DNA of 64,000 nt from Thalia democratica (taxonomy: Eukaryota): the NCBI GenBank assembly GCA_965202585.1, contig OZ241831.1, forward strand, positions 36,828,001 through 36,892,000, read 5' to 3'. The position numbers and the translations under genes were made by a program. The notes below the pieces were generated by a model. That model was not told the DNA's origin, did no database searches, and saw nothing but the letters and a program-made list of their open reading frames with translations. Below, in pieces: positions 27,003 through 39,762 of the stretch (position 1 is its first letter; the number at the start of each line of letters is the position of its first letter).

Positions 27003-28206
27003 ATGAAACGAAAAATGAGCGAACATGAATTGGAATCTTCTTTCAGTGGAAAAAATGTTCTGAACTCTTCCAAATCACACCGGCGACATTCAATCACAAA
27101 AGTTTCTCATCAAAACAGTAATTCAAAGGTTTTAATTGTTGTTTGTATATTTTTTATCTATACATAGTTTTTAATTGAAACGAAAATCAGTAAGTATTAT
27201 CAAAACACTTGATAATTTGAAAAAATATAAAAAAATGTTCAACTAACTGTTTCCCATTTTGTAATTTCATCATTGTTTTTAAGATTATATATGTTTTAAG
27301 TATTTAGTTAGTTTTATATAATTAATAAAGAAAAACTTTCTGAATTTATTTTCTCAGATTAAAGGAAAAGCTCCGAAAATTCCAAAAATTAAATTAAAAG
27401 TTCCATCAAAAAGAAATACGGTTGGAACATCAAGTATGCAGAAAGAGAAACTTATAAAGCCAAAACACAAACGAAATTCTACACCTGGTTGCTCGACTAA
27501 ACTAAACTTGGGACACTTGAAGGACAGCGTGAAAAGAAAATCTATTAAAAAGCGTAAAAAAGACAATAGTAGCGCCATTATTGTTGATTCCGACACGGAA
27601 AGTATCCCGTCAGTAACAAGCCTCTTAAACGATTCGACTGATAAAGAAAACATTGACACCGGGTCGGAAGGTCGCAATAGTAGCTTTGGTGTCTTGGTCA
27701 AAACTGAGCCGATTGACAATTTGCATTCGAAAATAATCGAGCAAGCGAGGGAACTAGATCCTGAAAGTACTCTGTCCGTAGAATCGGAAAGTTTCAATTG
27801 TGGCCGTGCAGCAAACAAAAGTCGACCGCAAAAAACAAAGATAGTCAAGAATGCAAGGAAAACTATCCGTGCACGGAGGAAGAGCCGACTGCAATCTACA
27901 GGGAGCACAAATGATACAGTGTTCAATGAACCGCATCATTCCGGTGCAATTATCGCAGAATGGGATTCTTTTAATTTTGACGCGTATAGCGATGTGGAGC
28001 TGTACCAGGAAATAATGTCAGTTACCAGTTTCGCAGGAACTTTGGCGAACTTTGTGCTCAACCAGCGCCTCATGAATTACATCAGAGAGGAGTATAAAAA
28101 CAAGCCGTGCATGAAGAACCGTGAGGTGAGGAGAAAATTGTTCGAGGAAATGTTTAGGAGCGTTTTGTTTTACAAGAAGCATCTGAAAGACAGAACTGCA
28201 GTTTGA
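27003..28206 (+). CDS. Basic, probably nuclear protein of unknown family, 2 exons, about 324 aa
   Basis: Exons 27003-27128 and 27358-28206 join in phase 0 (aag|gt...ttctcag|att). Long GC-richer open frame with NLS-like KRKSIKKRKK, a VKTE SUMO consensus, a disordered middle and a helical-looking C-terminal domain. Confidence 0.75.
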
Positions 28207-28737
28207 TAAGTTTCTCATGAAGTTTTATGGTTTATAAATTTACTCTTTATAAAGATTTCGTTCATTTTAGATTGCAGACTGCGTTAATGTTTTTTAGTTT
28301 TAGTATAACTTGATCTTTTATCTGTTACGAAAGTCTGTTATAAAAAAGTTAACAATTATCTTTTGGGATAAGTTGTATATACAAAAGTGAACTTTTAAAA
28401 CTAAATTTATAGTTTACTTTTTTATCGTTTTTTTGTTATAAGTGTATAAATTTATTACAAATTAATGAAAGCTTTGTTTCTTAAAAATTTGATATAGATT
28501 TAGTTTTACAAAGTTTATGATAGCTACTAAAAATAATAATATTAGGTTAACCAACTACTAACTAACTCTTTAGTGCTATGTTCGGTGCCCATAAAACAGC
28601 ATGTGTGTTAAATGCACAAACTCTGGTATTAAGGCTATACAAATGCTTAAAAATGTTTAAGATGTTTGTTTTACAAGATATAGATAAATAAAGTTTAACT
28701 TTGTTGATAACTCTTGTATTATTGTTAAATAACTATT

Positions 28738-30584
28738 TCAACTAAATTTTCTCTTTCGAAAAGTTTTACTTGGAAAGTCGAATATTTGAACTTCATCGAA
28801 TACATCTAAGTTGGATTTTTTTAAAAGTAAATGTTCACCAGTTGCTGTTAAATGTTCAATTCCAGCAAATCTTAAATTAAAGTTTATTAAAAAAGTCTTA
28901 AGTCGTAAATAGTATTTTTTTATGACTTAATCATTATTTGTTAAGTTTTATTTTTTACACAAGTAATTGGCAAACTAAGCTATTTGTAAGTAAAAGAAAT
29001 TTTTAGGTAACTATATAATAATCAGTTAATTTAAATTTATTGAAAAAAGATTAAAAAACGTATGCAACAATAAACAAGTAAACCTTATACTTAAACGTTT
29101 TACTATTTCATAACTTAACTTAAACCAATAATAAAGAAATCGTAAATAAAACGCTGTTTCTTAATCTATTTTAAAATGCTACAATTTATTTTTGCAATTT
29201 ACGCAGTCGTTTTATCATATGTACATATATATATATGTTATTAGATAACAGTTTAAAGTGTAAAAAATCAAATATTGGTAGAATAAGTCAGCTTATAAGT
29301 AGAAAAACAACATGTGCATTGCATTCCTAACATTTATGTAGGTTAACTTTGCACGATAGTTGCATTACTAGTTTCATTTCAAGTCGCTACAAAGTTTAAA
29401 GCTATTTTGAAAGCATTATATAGTTAAGGTGGTTAATAATTGCAATAAGTTTGATCTATTTACCACAACATTTTATGTAAGTGTTTAGCATAGCATTCAC
29501 AAAATAGCTTTTAAAATGCTGAGAAAAATAATGCTAAACAGAAAAGTATTTAAATAGTACTTTAAGGGTCACAAAGTTTTATTTGTCTGTTATTGTTTCG
29601 TTTAGAAAGATAGTAAACAATTGCAGACTTTGTTTTAAATTTTATTAGATGCGAAGCGTACATTAAATGAATTATGTAAAAAAACAAATAAACAAGACTT
29701 GGGTAGAACAAAAAAATGTCAGTAAGAAAACTTAAAAATAAAAAATTTTTAGACTTGAACTATATTATATTTTAAACTCAAAACAAAACTAAAAGTACTT
29801 TAAAATACTTCATAATGTTATACTTACTTTAAAGAATTTGAAAAGTCTAACGAAATAATTAATATGGTGTCAAAAGCTACTAAGAAAATTATCAAACAGT
29901 TAGTGCAAAAACGAAACTAAAAGTAAAGTAAAAAACTTTAACAAGGTATTATGTTATATAGTCTGTAGACTTAAACTTTTAAATGTTTCAATATTTTTAT
30001 AAAAAACTTAACTTAGCCTTTTTTAATGCCGATGTAATCTGTAAAATTTTTGTTATATACTAGTATTATTTGGTATTAGTTATTAAATCTTCTGCTTTTA
30101 GACACAATTTTTACTAAGACAGTTAAAGTTTTTAAAAAGGTGCGACTTTAAAAGAAAAATTGATTACAAATAAAAAAGTAAGCTAAGAATTCACAAAATC
30201 AACAAGATTTTTGCAATCTTCCGCATAGAGAATAAAAAATTACAAAACGACAGATTTCAGTTGCTACATAACCTGAAATAAAATTAGTTATTTAGACAGT
30301 CGTGGGTACATTGTTCGTATATATTCTATAGAGTTTCCATAAAAGACTAAGATGACAGTTTTTGTAACTATTTTTCTTTAAAAGACTTAATGTAATTAAA
30401 GTAGATTTATTTACAATGTTTAAAAGTAATTAAAAATATCCAAATTAATTTATAACATACTTAAAACATGTTTAACTTTTGAAACTAATTTTAATAAATT
30501 TTAGTCAAAATATTTGTTTAATATCTTACCATCTCTTTTGTTAATATCCAAATTGTTAGTATGCTTAGTTAAAAAGGACTTCAT
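28738..30584 (-). CDS. Small 80-aa histone-fold-like protein (NF-YB/Dr1-like), 4 short exons, absent from the ORF track
   Basis: Exons 30584-30530, 30272-30244, 30038-30013, 28870-28738 have GT-AG ends and matching phases (1,0,2). Product: MKSFLTKHTNNLDINKRDGYVATEICRFITSALKKAKFAGIEHLTATGEHLLLKKSNLDVFDEVQIFDFPSKTFRKRKFS. TEICRFITS and TATGEHLL resemble NF-YB SEFISFITS and TINGEDIL. Confidence 0.5.
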
Positions 30585-30704
30585 TACATATCACAAAAAA
30601 CGAAAATTACATTTCTAAAAAGTTGAAAAAAGAAGTATTTACTCATATTTAACTAAATAACTTTTAAATTTAGATAAAAACCACTAAAACCAACAATTTC
30701 CACA

Positions 30705-31718
30705 CTAGTTCCCACCAATGTATTTTTCGTACATGTCCCAAAGATTGGCAGCTTGAAGAACATTTTCCAAATCCTCTGGATTCGGGAAAAGAACATGAGC
30801 GATCTCGAAAAACCCTTCAAAATCAACACTAGTCTGATCATAGTCATCTTCTTCGTCGTCATGGTGATCATCATCGTGATCGTCATCGTCTTCATGGTGA
30901 TCGTCATCGTGATCGTTATCGTCTTCATGTTCTTCATCATCATCGTCAAGGTGATCATCATCGTGATCGTCGTCATGGTGTTCATCATCGTCGTCGTCAT
31001 GTTCTTCATCATCATCATCGTCTTGGTGATCATCATCATCATCGTCTTGGTGATCATCATCATCGTCATGTTCTTCATCATCATCGTCGTCATGGTGATC
31101 GTCATCGTCGTCATGTTCATCATCATCATCGTCATAGTTATTGTCATCGTCGTCATCGTGATCGTCATCGTTGTCATGGTGATCATCATCGTCTTCATGT
31201 TCTTCATCATCATCTTCATAGTGATCGTCATCGTCGTCATTGTGTTCTTCATTGTCGTCATATTCTGCATCATTATCATTTTCTTCATCATCGTCGTCAT
31301 AGTGATTGTCATCGTCGTCATTGTGATCGTCATAATGTTGATCTTCATTGTCCCCATGTTCTTCATCATCATTGTCATGGTGATCATCATCATCGTCATA
31401 GTGATCGTTATCGTCTTCATGGTGGCCATCATCGTCTTCGTGGCGATCGTCATAGAAGTCATGGGGACCATCATCGTCGTTACCACCAATGTCTTCCCAT
31501 ATAGATGCCAAATCGTCATCGCCAAAATCGATCAAATCGCCCCAATCTCCATCATCTTGGCCAAATAAATTAAAACCGCCAAGACCGAACATATCATCGT
31601 TTTCTTCATTGTTCATAAAATCCCCCAAATCAAAATCATCTTCATATCCCTGACATTTTGCCACTAGCAGCAAACAAAACACTACAGCCAATTTCGATTT
31701 AAATGAAAAGTTTAACAT
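30705..31718 (-). CDS. Secreted, extremely acidic Asp/His-rich low-complexity protein, single exon, 337 aa
   Basis: ATG-to-TAG ORF. Signal peptide MLNFSFKSKLAVVFCLLLVAKCQG; central region almost only D/H/E/N/Y; short non-repetitive N- and C-terminal caps. Confidence 0.9.
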   Translation of the reverse strand: MLNFSFKSKLAVVFCLLLVAKCQGYEDDFDLGDFMNNEENDDMFGLGGFNLFGQDDGDWGDLIDFGDDDLASIWEDIGGNDDDGPHDFYDDRHEDDDGHHEDDNDHYDDDDDHHDNDDEEHGDNEDQHYDDHNDDDDNHYDDDDEENDNDAEYDDNEEHNDDDDDHYEDDDEEHEDDDDHHDNDDDHDDDDDNNYDDDDDEHDDDDDHHDDDDDEEHDDDDDHQDDDDDDHQDDDDDEEHDDDDDEHHDDDHDDDHLDDDDEEHEDDNDHDDDHHEDDDDHDDDHHDDEEDDYDQTSVDFEGFFEIAHVLFPNPEDLENVLQAANLWDMYEKYIGGN

Positions 31719-34700
31719 TTTAACATTTATATATCTAATACAAATATTACAATCAGTAATACAATGTGAATTATTTAACCAGAGAAAAATGTGAATTATT
31801 TAACCAAACTTTTTCACTACGTATACTTAAAGATTATTATTATTCTTAAGTTTAAACTAATTTTAACAAGATTCAAAATATTCGATACAACTAACTTTTT
31901 TTATACTTTGCACTTCATAACTGTTCTACATAAACTTTTAACAAACTAGTTTACAAGACAAGAGCTTAACTATATACGACAGTTTTAAATTTTGCTTCAG
32001 GCAATTTATGAAAGTAAAAGAGGTCATTTGACGTAGTTGCAACGAGAAATTTTGACAATTTCGTAGTAATCTTTTTTAAAGAAATTCTGAGTACGTTTCG
32101 TGCGTTTTGTAAATGAGCTTACAATTGTTGTATAAACTTGAATTTCATTCATACACTTAAACTTACGGTAATTAAATTACAAAGTTTCCTTTTATGCAAC
32201 CACAAAGTGTAAAATGATATTGTAATTGGTTTTCAAAAAACAATTTTGAGATATTTAGTTTTGAACTTTATATACTTATTGTGTTTTTTTTTCTAAAACG
32301 TTATAGTTTATAGATTTAAAATTATAAAAATAAAGTTACAAACAAACTAAAATAACACTTTACGCATAACCAAACTCAGCACTAAAGTGTGTCAATAAAC
32401 AATGCTTCTAAGGTAGACGACTAAATAAGTTTACAAAAGTTGCTCAATAAAAGCAATATGGTAAAAACTTGTCTAAACAAAACGAAGATATAATATAATA
32501 CTTAAACTTTACTTTTCAACCAATGCGTTTTTAATTACTTTTATTATAGTTATTAGCCTAGTTATAAAAAAATCAAATTAAAACTTTTTTTTGTACTTCT
32601 TCTTGTTGAGCATAATTTTTTTTTCACGCTTAAATATTTACACAATAAAGTTGTTTACACATTTCCTAAGTCAAGTTTCTGCTTAAAAATAAAAAGCGTT
32701 TGCAGTTTTAGATTTTTTGATTTTTAATGTGAGTTTAGACTGTTTATAAATACGTAGTTTAACCGTATAGTTCAAAATAAATTGATTAAGCAAAAGTTAG
32801 TTCGTTCAGTACGAAGTTTATACATTAAATAATTAAAGTTATATAAATTATCAGGTACTTCAGGTGATTGAGGTCGTTTACTTATTAAAAAAATCAAAAT
32901 TTTAAACAGCTTCAAGTACTGTTTTGACGTTGTTAATGTAATTTAACAAAAACGAATAATATTTATGTCGTAATTGTGTTCTTTTAAGTTTTACGTTTAC
33001 TTTATTTTGTAAGGTTATAACATACTTAATATATTCAAACATTTGCTTATATTTTTTAGTTTTTGTGTAAACTATTTTTTCTGGTTGAAACAGTTTATTA
33101 ACACTTATTAAATGCAATACCTGAAATATTTATTATCAACTAAACACTTTACAACGATATATGAGAAAACTGGTAGAGTAGTCGTTTAAAAATAATTCTT
33201 TTTTTGCGTGTAGCTACAGGTTTTATAATTACTTTGACTAACATTAAGTAGTTATACATATGTGAAAAATTACACAAACTTTGAAATGCAATAATTAACA
33301 ACGTTAAAAAAAAATAAAAAAAAAAACTTTGATTTAAATATTTGTTTAAAAAGTTTTTATTTCTAGACATAAAACAAACACAGAAAAAAAAAGTTTTAAG
33401 TTTATCTAAAAAGCATTTATTAACAAACAATGCGTTCAAGTTGTATAAAACCAAGTTGAAACTATTTTTTAAAAATTTTAGAGTTTTTTTGATTGGGTGT
33501 GAATTAGTATTAAAAGAAAAGGTTTCTTGATATTTTATGAAATGTTTAATTTTATGTTAGTTTTTTAACTAGCTTAACACAAATTTATGCACTTATTTTT
33601 ACTATAACATCAAAAAGTTTGTAAAGTTTATAATTAAAAAACTAAGCTCTTAAAATTAGAAAAGTTAACATAAGGAAAGCATTTAGATAGACTTAAACTT
33701 GTAAATTGTTAAACTTAAACTCAAATTTAACTGCTTACATAATTTATTCAGAACAATACTTTGTACTAAAAGTTTCAATATAATAACTATAGAACCACAT
33801 TTGATACAAAATTTAAAATTTCAAAAGTTTTCAGTATTAAGTATTCAAAAAGTAACTTACATTTATAATGTTTAGTTTTTGCAACCAAAAATAAAGACAC
33901 ATTCAAAATATATACCTACTATAAAACACATATGACCTAGTTTAATTTCAAGTAACTTGATAATTTAATGAATTTAATAGCCGTACTAAACTTTATTACG
34001 ACAAAAAATTAAATTTTCTAATACAGCTATCGTGCAAAGCTAAAATATATTACATATCTTGGATTTTTAAACATCTAATACCTGCATTGACTTAATGCAT
34101 AAAAAATTACTGATACAACTTAGATTGTATGTATATACATTTTTTTATAACAAAAAGTTAGAACACAACAATTTCTTTTAAATATTATAGACAAGAAATG
34201 CAGAAAATATATTTTTAATATTTATCAACTTATTTTGAAATATCTCTAAAGTGAGTTTATTCGTAGAAATAAAACACTTTTTACTAAAACAATTTAAAAA
34301 TATTTTTAGTACATCCAAATATTCTATAACAGATATGTAAAAAGTGCATTTATTTCTAATACATAAGATATAAAAAAACTAAATCAATTGTCAATATAAT
34401 TTTTTATTGATACTACCTATTTTAAATTCAAAAAATGTCTGCTTGTCAACTTCATCGGTTTAGGTACAGAAAATAAATTTATAAAACTCGTTAAAATTGT
34501 GGTGAAAGTTTAAAAACTGTGAAAATTCTATTTTAGTAAGTTTTAACTATAAATTCATAAATTACAGAATTATTTGATATTGTATTATAACATTGTATAT
34601 TTTGAAAGTCATTATACAAAAAAGGTCTAAGAGTTATACACTTATTTTTCTTTTAATTTAAAACCAACTAAAGATAAAAAAGGATAAAGTTATCAAAGTA

Positions 34701-35314
34701 AACTTTGATTTAATTTTGAATATTTTACTACGTTTTGTTACGGTTATAGTTGTGGATATATAATCTAATAAAATACTATTTATCTAAAAAAATGTTAAAA
34801 ATTAACACACAAAAAACCTACCAGTAGGGCTTCACCTATTAAAAAATAAAAATACTTGTGTACAATTACTCTAGTATTTTAAATGATAACGTTTGTGTTT
34901 TGCACCGAATACTGCCACCCTGTTTTTTTTGTAGTTAGAAAAACATGTGTACTAACTACTAAGTAATAGCAAAGTTCGTATCAATTAAGTATGTTGAAGC
35001 AAATTAAATCATGATCTACTTGTTCTTACACCTGAAATAATTAAAAAACCTTATAACTATAACAACCACTTTTGTAAGCAACCACTTTTTTGCATAATTT
35101 TATTTGTATTCATAATTTCGTTTACTTACATTAACGTTTATTCACATAATTTAATTTAATTACGAAATGATTTATTTTCATAGCTTTATTTAATATGTCA
35201 AGTTAATTCCAATCTCTTCTTTTAATTTAATAACCACTTATTTTCCAGCTAACACTGCACAGTGGCGAATGAAAGTTTACTGCATCAGTGGAAGTTTACT
35301 CCATCGAAGCCAAA

Positions 35315-35602
35315 CTACATATTAGGTTCATTTTTCAAGCAGGAACGACCAACCGAACCATCGACAGCGTCTAAGATACTTGAAGTTGCCGCGTTGCTGC
35401 CATCCGTAATGTGGACCAGAACCAGCCGATTACCACGCACTAAACATTTTTTTGCAACCGGTTTTCCGACCATTGCCGTATTTAAGGTTGTCTGGTTCTG
35501 TAGATGAATCCTGTAAATTTCTGATAAACAGCCAATCACGTGACAATGTAAATGTGACAGTCTCAACAATGACGTTTGAAAAAGACTATGGAATAATGAC
35601 AT
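35315..35602 (-). CDS. Candidate 95-aa ORF in a GC-rich island; weak Sm/LSm-like C-terminal motif
   Basis: Longest open frame in a GC-rich island. KKCLVRGNRLVLVHI resembles the Sm2 motif (RG.N..LV), but Sm1 spacing is imperfect. Could be a first exon or a transposon remnant. Confidence 0.3.
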   Translation of the reverse strand: MSLFHSLFQTSLLRLSHLHCHVIGCLSEIYRIHLQNQTTLNTAMVGKPVAKKCLVRGNRLVLVHITDGSNAATSSILDAVDGSVGRSCLKNEPNM

Positions 35603-37632
35603 TGCTCATTTGCGTCGCCTCGCGGAAAAAAAGTGCTGGGAAGCCCGAAAAGGAAAATAATTTGATTTTATGTTAAAATGCTTAACTTGTTTAGCGAACT
35701 GCTTAACTTATTTTTTTTGTTTCTAGTTTTTATTATTGAAAGTTTTTATAAGTTAGATATTAATAGACACAATAACTTTTTTTGTTTAACAACAAATCAA
35801 GAAGTCAACAACGTTTCCCCTAAAAGATGCTCTTCTTAACTTGTATATTACTGTATTATAAATAAATTTAGCTTTGTTTAAGTATTTTTGTATTGTTGTA
35901 TCTTATTAATAAAGCTTGTTGTCATTAGAACATAATGTCAAAGTAGATGCTATCTTAATTAAGTAAGTTTTTGTTAATGAAAACTGTACTACTTTTTTAA
36001 TTCTTAATATAAATGTGAAAATCAAATGTATAAATGTTCTCTTCATGTTTTCTAAACAAGTATTTAAAAAATAAAAAACTACTTTTTTTTTAGTTTATAA
36101 CATTGTTAACCTTCCAATGAAAAATATGTTTACAAACTGTTTTTTGAACGTAATACTTATTTTCAAAAGCTTAAAAAAATCTTAGTTTCTTATTTACTTT
36201 AATGTTAACTATAACCAGCAATATTAAGATAGTTAGTATTAAGTATTAGTTAGTATTAAGATAGCGATATGAAAGACTTAAAAGATTAGAAACTAAATTC
36301 ATCTACTAAAAAAAGCAAAATAAATAAAATAACTACATTTCAAAATTCTATATACTTTTATACTTCATATATTTTAGTTTAAAATTGTTTAGGGTATTAC
36401 AGATTCGATGAATAAAATACTTAAAAAGTTAAGCTAATTTTTTCACACTGGTGTCTAAAGGCAAACATAGATAATAATTGGGTTTTATTAATAAAAATAT
36501 AATTTGATTTTTTTTAAATGCTAACTTTAAGTTTAAAAAGTATTATAAAAAATGTAAGTTGAGTAAATAAACAATAATGCACTTTTACAGTAGCTTTTTT
36601 TATTAAAATTTAATTTATATACTCTATATACTACTTTTCATTTTAAATGTTAACAGAGACCATCAAACGTTTTAACTTTCGTTTAATAAGAGACAGCTGT
36701 CAACATTTAAGATTATATCTTTTAAAAGTTTATAAAAACCAATTTCAAGCTAAGTTTATCTTTTAAAAATCAAAATTTACTTAAATACAAAATTTTTCTT
36801 AAATATTTTTGTACATATTTAGTCAAAAAGCGACTAGTAACTTAAAAAAAAAACTTTTTTTTTGCAACTGCAGCTGAAGCATAAGAAAAACCTAACATTT
36901 GTTCTTAAGCTAAATTTTAATTTGTCCTTAACAGAAAATATACCTTACTTTAACAAAAATTTATACTTTTTCATAGTTCTTTTTAGATTAGCAATTTTTA
37001 TTGTGACAAAATGATAGCTAAATATAGTTATTAACAAAATTTAGGTACTAAAACAGTAGTCTTGATTTATCTTAGCAGATTTCTATGATGTTATTATACT
37101 GCAGTGGTTGTTATAGCAGTTGTATTTGCTAAGGTTTATTTTTTGCGCTTAAATCATTATGAGTCTATCCTTGTCACATTAGAAAACATATTTAAGTTAT
37201 AGTTAGGAATTTTATTAGCGACTCTGCTATGGAAACAAGTTTGTAGTTAGTAGTTAATTTTTCTTTAAGGAGTCTTTTTATTATATTAGTCAACCACAAA
37301 AACCACAATTGGACGATCATTGTAGTAGTTTAAAAATCCCCTATATCAAGAAATGAATTAAATAAAACGAAAATTAATTAAAAAGCTTAACATGTATTGT
37401 TATTGACCTTTGGTTGGAACGACTTAAAGGACTTCGACGGTCTAGTTCGTTGTTTTCTTTGAACCATCAGAAATTTTGAACATTAGTATAAAAAAATACT
37501 TTTTTTTTATTAATACGATAATAAATAGGCTATCGGATTAGTATAAAGACAAATAGGTTTAGTATATATTTTATAATACGCTTCTTCCTTAAAACAATTG
37601 AAATACATATTTTTATTATGCTACTACATACA

Positions 37633-37918
37633 CAAGGGATTGGCAGACTGCGGCCCGCGAGTAAGTTTTAATTCGGTCCATGAAAGGTAAAACCAGTGGC
37701 CCGCGAATATGCAAGTATGGCCAACAAAGAAGAATCTAAATGTTTGAGATTTGTAATGAAGCGCTATCATTAATCTAATATGCATATTAGGGAATTTTCC
37801 AAACTTACTAAATATTTTGGGTCTATTATAAAAAATAACGCTAAAACTATAAAAACGGCCCGCGTATAATTTAAATTTAAAATTTGGCCCGCGACAACCA
37901 AATACCTGTCGATCCCTG
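37633..37918. mobile_element. hAT-type MITE
   Basis: Termini caagggattggcag...ctgtcgatccctg with four internal GGCCCGCG motifs, typical of hAT-derived MITE ends. An 8-bp TSD is not recognisable. Confidence 0.7.
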
Positions 37919-38456
37919 AAACACATTAAAAACTAAGTCGAATCGAGTAGATTTTTTATCTAGTTTATTAGATGTTATAGTTACTTATACAAACTAAACG
38001 CAAAGAGTTCTTAAATAGATTAAAAGGAGTTTATTACATACTATAAAATTTTATCTTAAAAAAGCATTACATAGTACTAATATATAACATACAGAATAAT
38101 GAGAGCTAATCACACACATAATTTTAAAAAAGCGCTTTTTGGATTTAAAACAAGAATATTACATGCTCAAATACGATTGCACCACCTAGAAAGCATTCTG
38201 TCGTCAAACACTTTAAGAACTTTTAAATGTAAAAAAGTTTACGTTTGTAAATATAGTTTCGCAACAACTTAATCAAATGAGGTACAAAACTAAAGCAAGT
38301 TATGGATTTCGATATTAAAAATTTTCAAGTTAATATAAATGATTGTTAATAACGTCAAACTAAATAAACAAAAACTACAGAAAATTTAATAACAACACAT
38401 TTCAATGAAAATAAGAAAATATTATAACTTTTAATCAAAAGTACATTTTATCTTCT

Positions 38457-39762
38457 TTAATACGAAACTGCTTTCACCATAGTCGTCAGCCACTTAAGAC
38501 CATCTTTTATTCCCTCTGTTAAACAAATTAAAAAAATTTAAATACAAAAAAATCAATCAAGTATAAAACAACTGTAAAAATACAAAAAACAATCAAGTTA
38601 CAAAATTTAAAACGGACTTTAAAAAGAAGCATTTATCTGTATTACATTACTGTACATAAAAGTATTAAAAATATTTTGTTTTATCTTATATAGCTATCTT
38701 ATATTAAACAATTAAAAACCTCCATTTATAGCGCAAGTGGGTTGCACGTACAACCATTTGTTTCTAATTTGATCAGTACCCAGTTTTTCCTGAATCTCCC
38801 AGCAGCTCATCCTACCGGGAACGTCCTTTACAACAAAAATACGTTTTTAGTTGGTTAGAACAAGTCCAGCATAAGCATTATCTTAGTTTTTCTCTGACCT
38901 GTTTGTTGGCTAGTATTAGCAAAACTGCGTCCTCAAGTTGTTTTTCTTCTAACAAACTATGCAGTTCGGTTTTTGCTTCTTCAACACGCTGCCTATCAGC
39001 CGAGTCAACCACGAATATCACGGCTAAAAGATTATTATTAATTGGTAATGGTTTTAATTAAGTTGTCTTAAAAATATTTTCAATTTTTGTAGTATCATAA
39101 CACGCACTGTGTCATTATTTTGATGCTAAGTTATCTTATAAAGTACTAAGTATACTTTGAAAGGTAGTTAAATTTAACAGCTAATTTATTTCTTTTAGAT
39201 ATAATTATCTTTACAAATCTTTTACACTGCTGACTTTCACAAAATTTCTATTAAAGATTTTATTAGAAAATCTTACCTGTGTTAAGATATTATTTGCTCA
39301 AGCTTTTTTTAATGTGAGTAATGATTCCTATAAACTTACTAAGTATAAATTTATAATAAACTAACTATTTTTAAAATTATATTTTAACTTAGCAACTATA
39401 CTTTTTAACTAGCAAATAGTTGTATACTTAAGTTAATAAGAGGAAGAAATCGTTTTGTTTAAATACTAACATAAAAACTTCTAATTTTAACTTGAACAAG
39501 TTGTACAAACTATACCTTGTGTGCCAGGAAAATATTTCCTCCAAAGCTGCCTTATCTTCGTCTGCCCACCAACATCCCAAATGTGCAGCTGCGTTCTCTT
39601 GTAAGTCACAGTCTCCAAGTTGAAGCCTATAGTTGGTATTGTGTTTACCGTTTCACCAAGTTTCATCTTGTATGTAAGCGTTGTCTTGCCCGATCCGTCC
39701 AATCCAAGCACCAGTATTTTGAACTTGTGCTCTCCGAAGAGCTTGGACATAAGCGCGCCCAT
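38457..39762 (-). CDS. ARF: ADP-ribosylation factor family GTPase, canonical, 4 exons, 178 aa
   Basis: Exons 39762-39516, 39023-38899, 38825-38720, 38515-38457. Gly2 myristoylation site, [27 protein letters not shown] and GLKWL are all present. Confidence 0.95.

Noticed and set aside
27354-27926. 190-aa minus-strand ORF, and the other short ORFs overlapping 27436-28218
   Set aside because: Antisense shadows of the spliced plus-strand gene.
30753-31568. 271-aa plus-strand ORF rich in I/V/F, and the 290-aa M/T-rich minus ORF 30653-31525
   Set aside because: Both are shadow frames of the GAT/GAC/CAT triplet repeat. Only the 30705-31718 frame has a signal peptide and sensible caps.
35249-35640. 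Mariner-like (HP*CGPEPADYH) and SET-like (VAAIRNVDQNQPITTH) peptides in plus-strand frames
   Set aside because: Short, interrupted by stops, no TIRs found. The stop-rich frame is the in-register antisense of the minus ORF.
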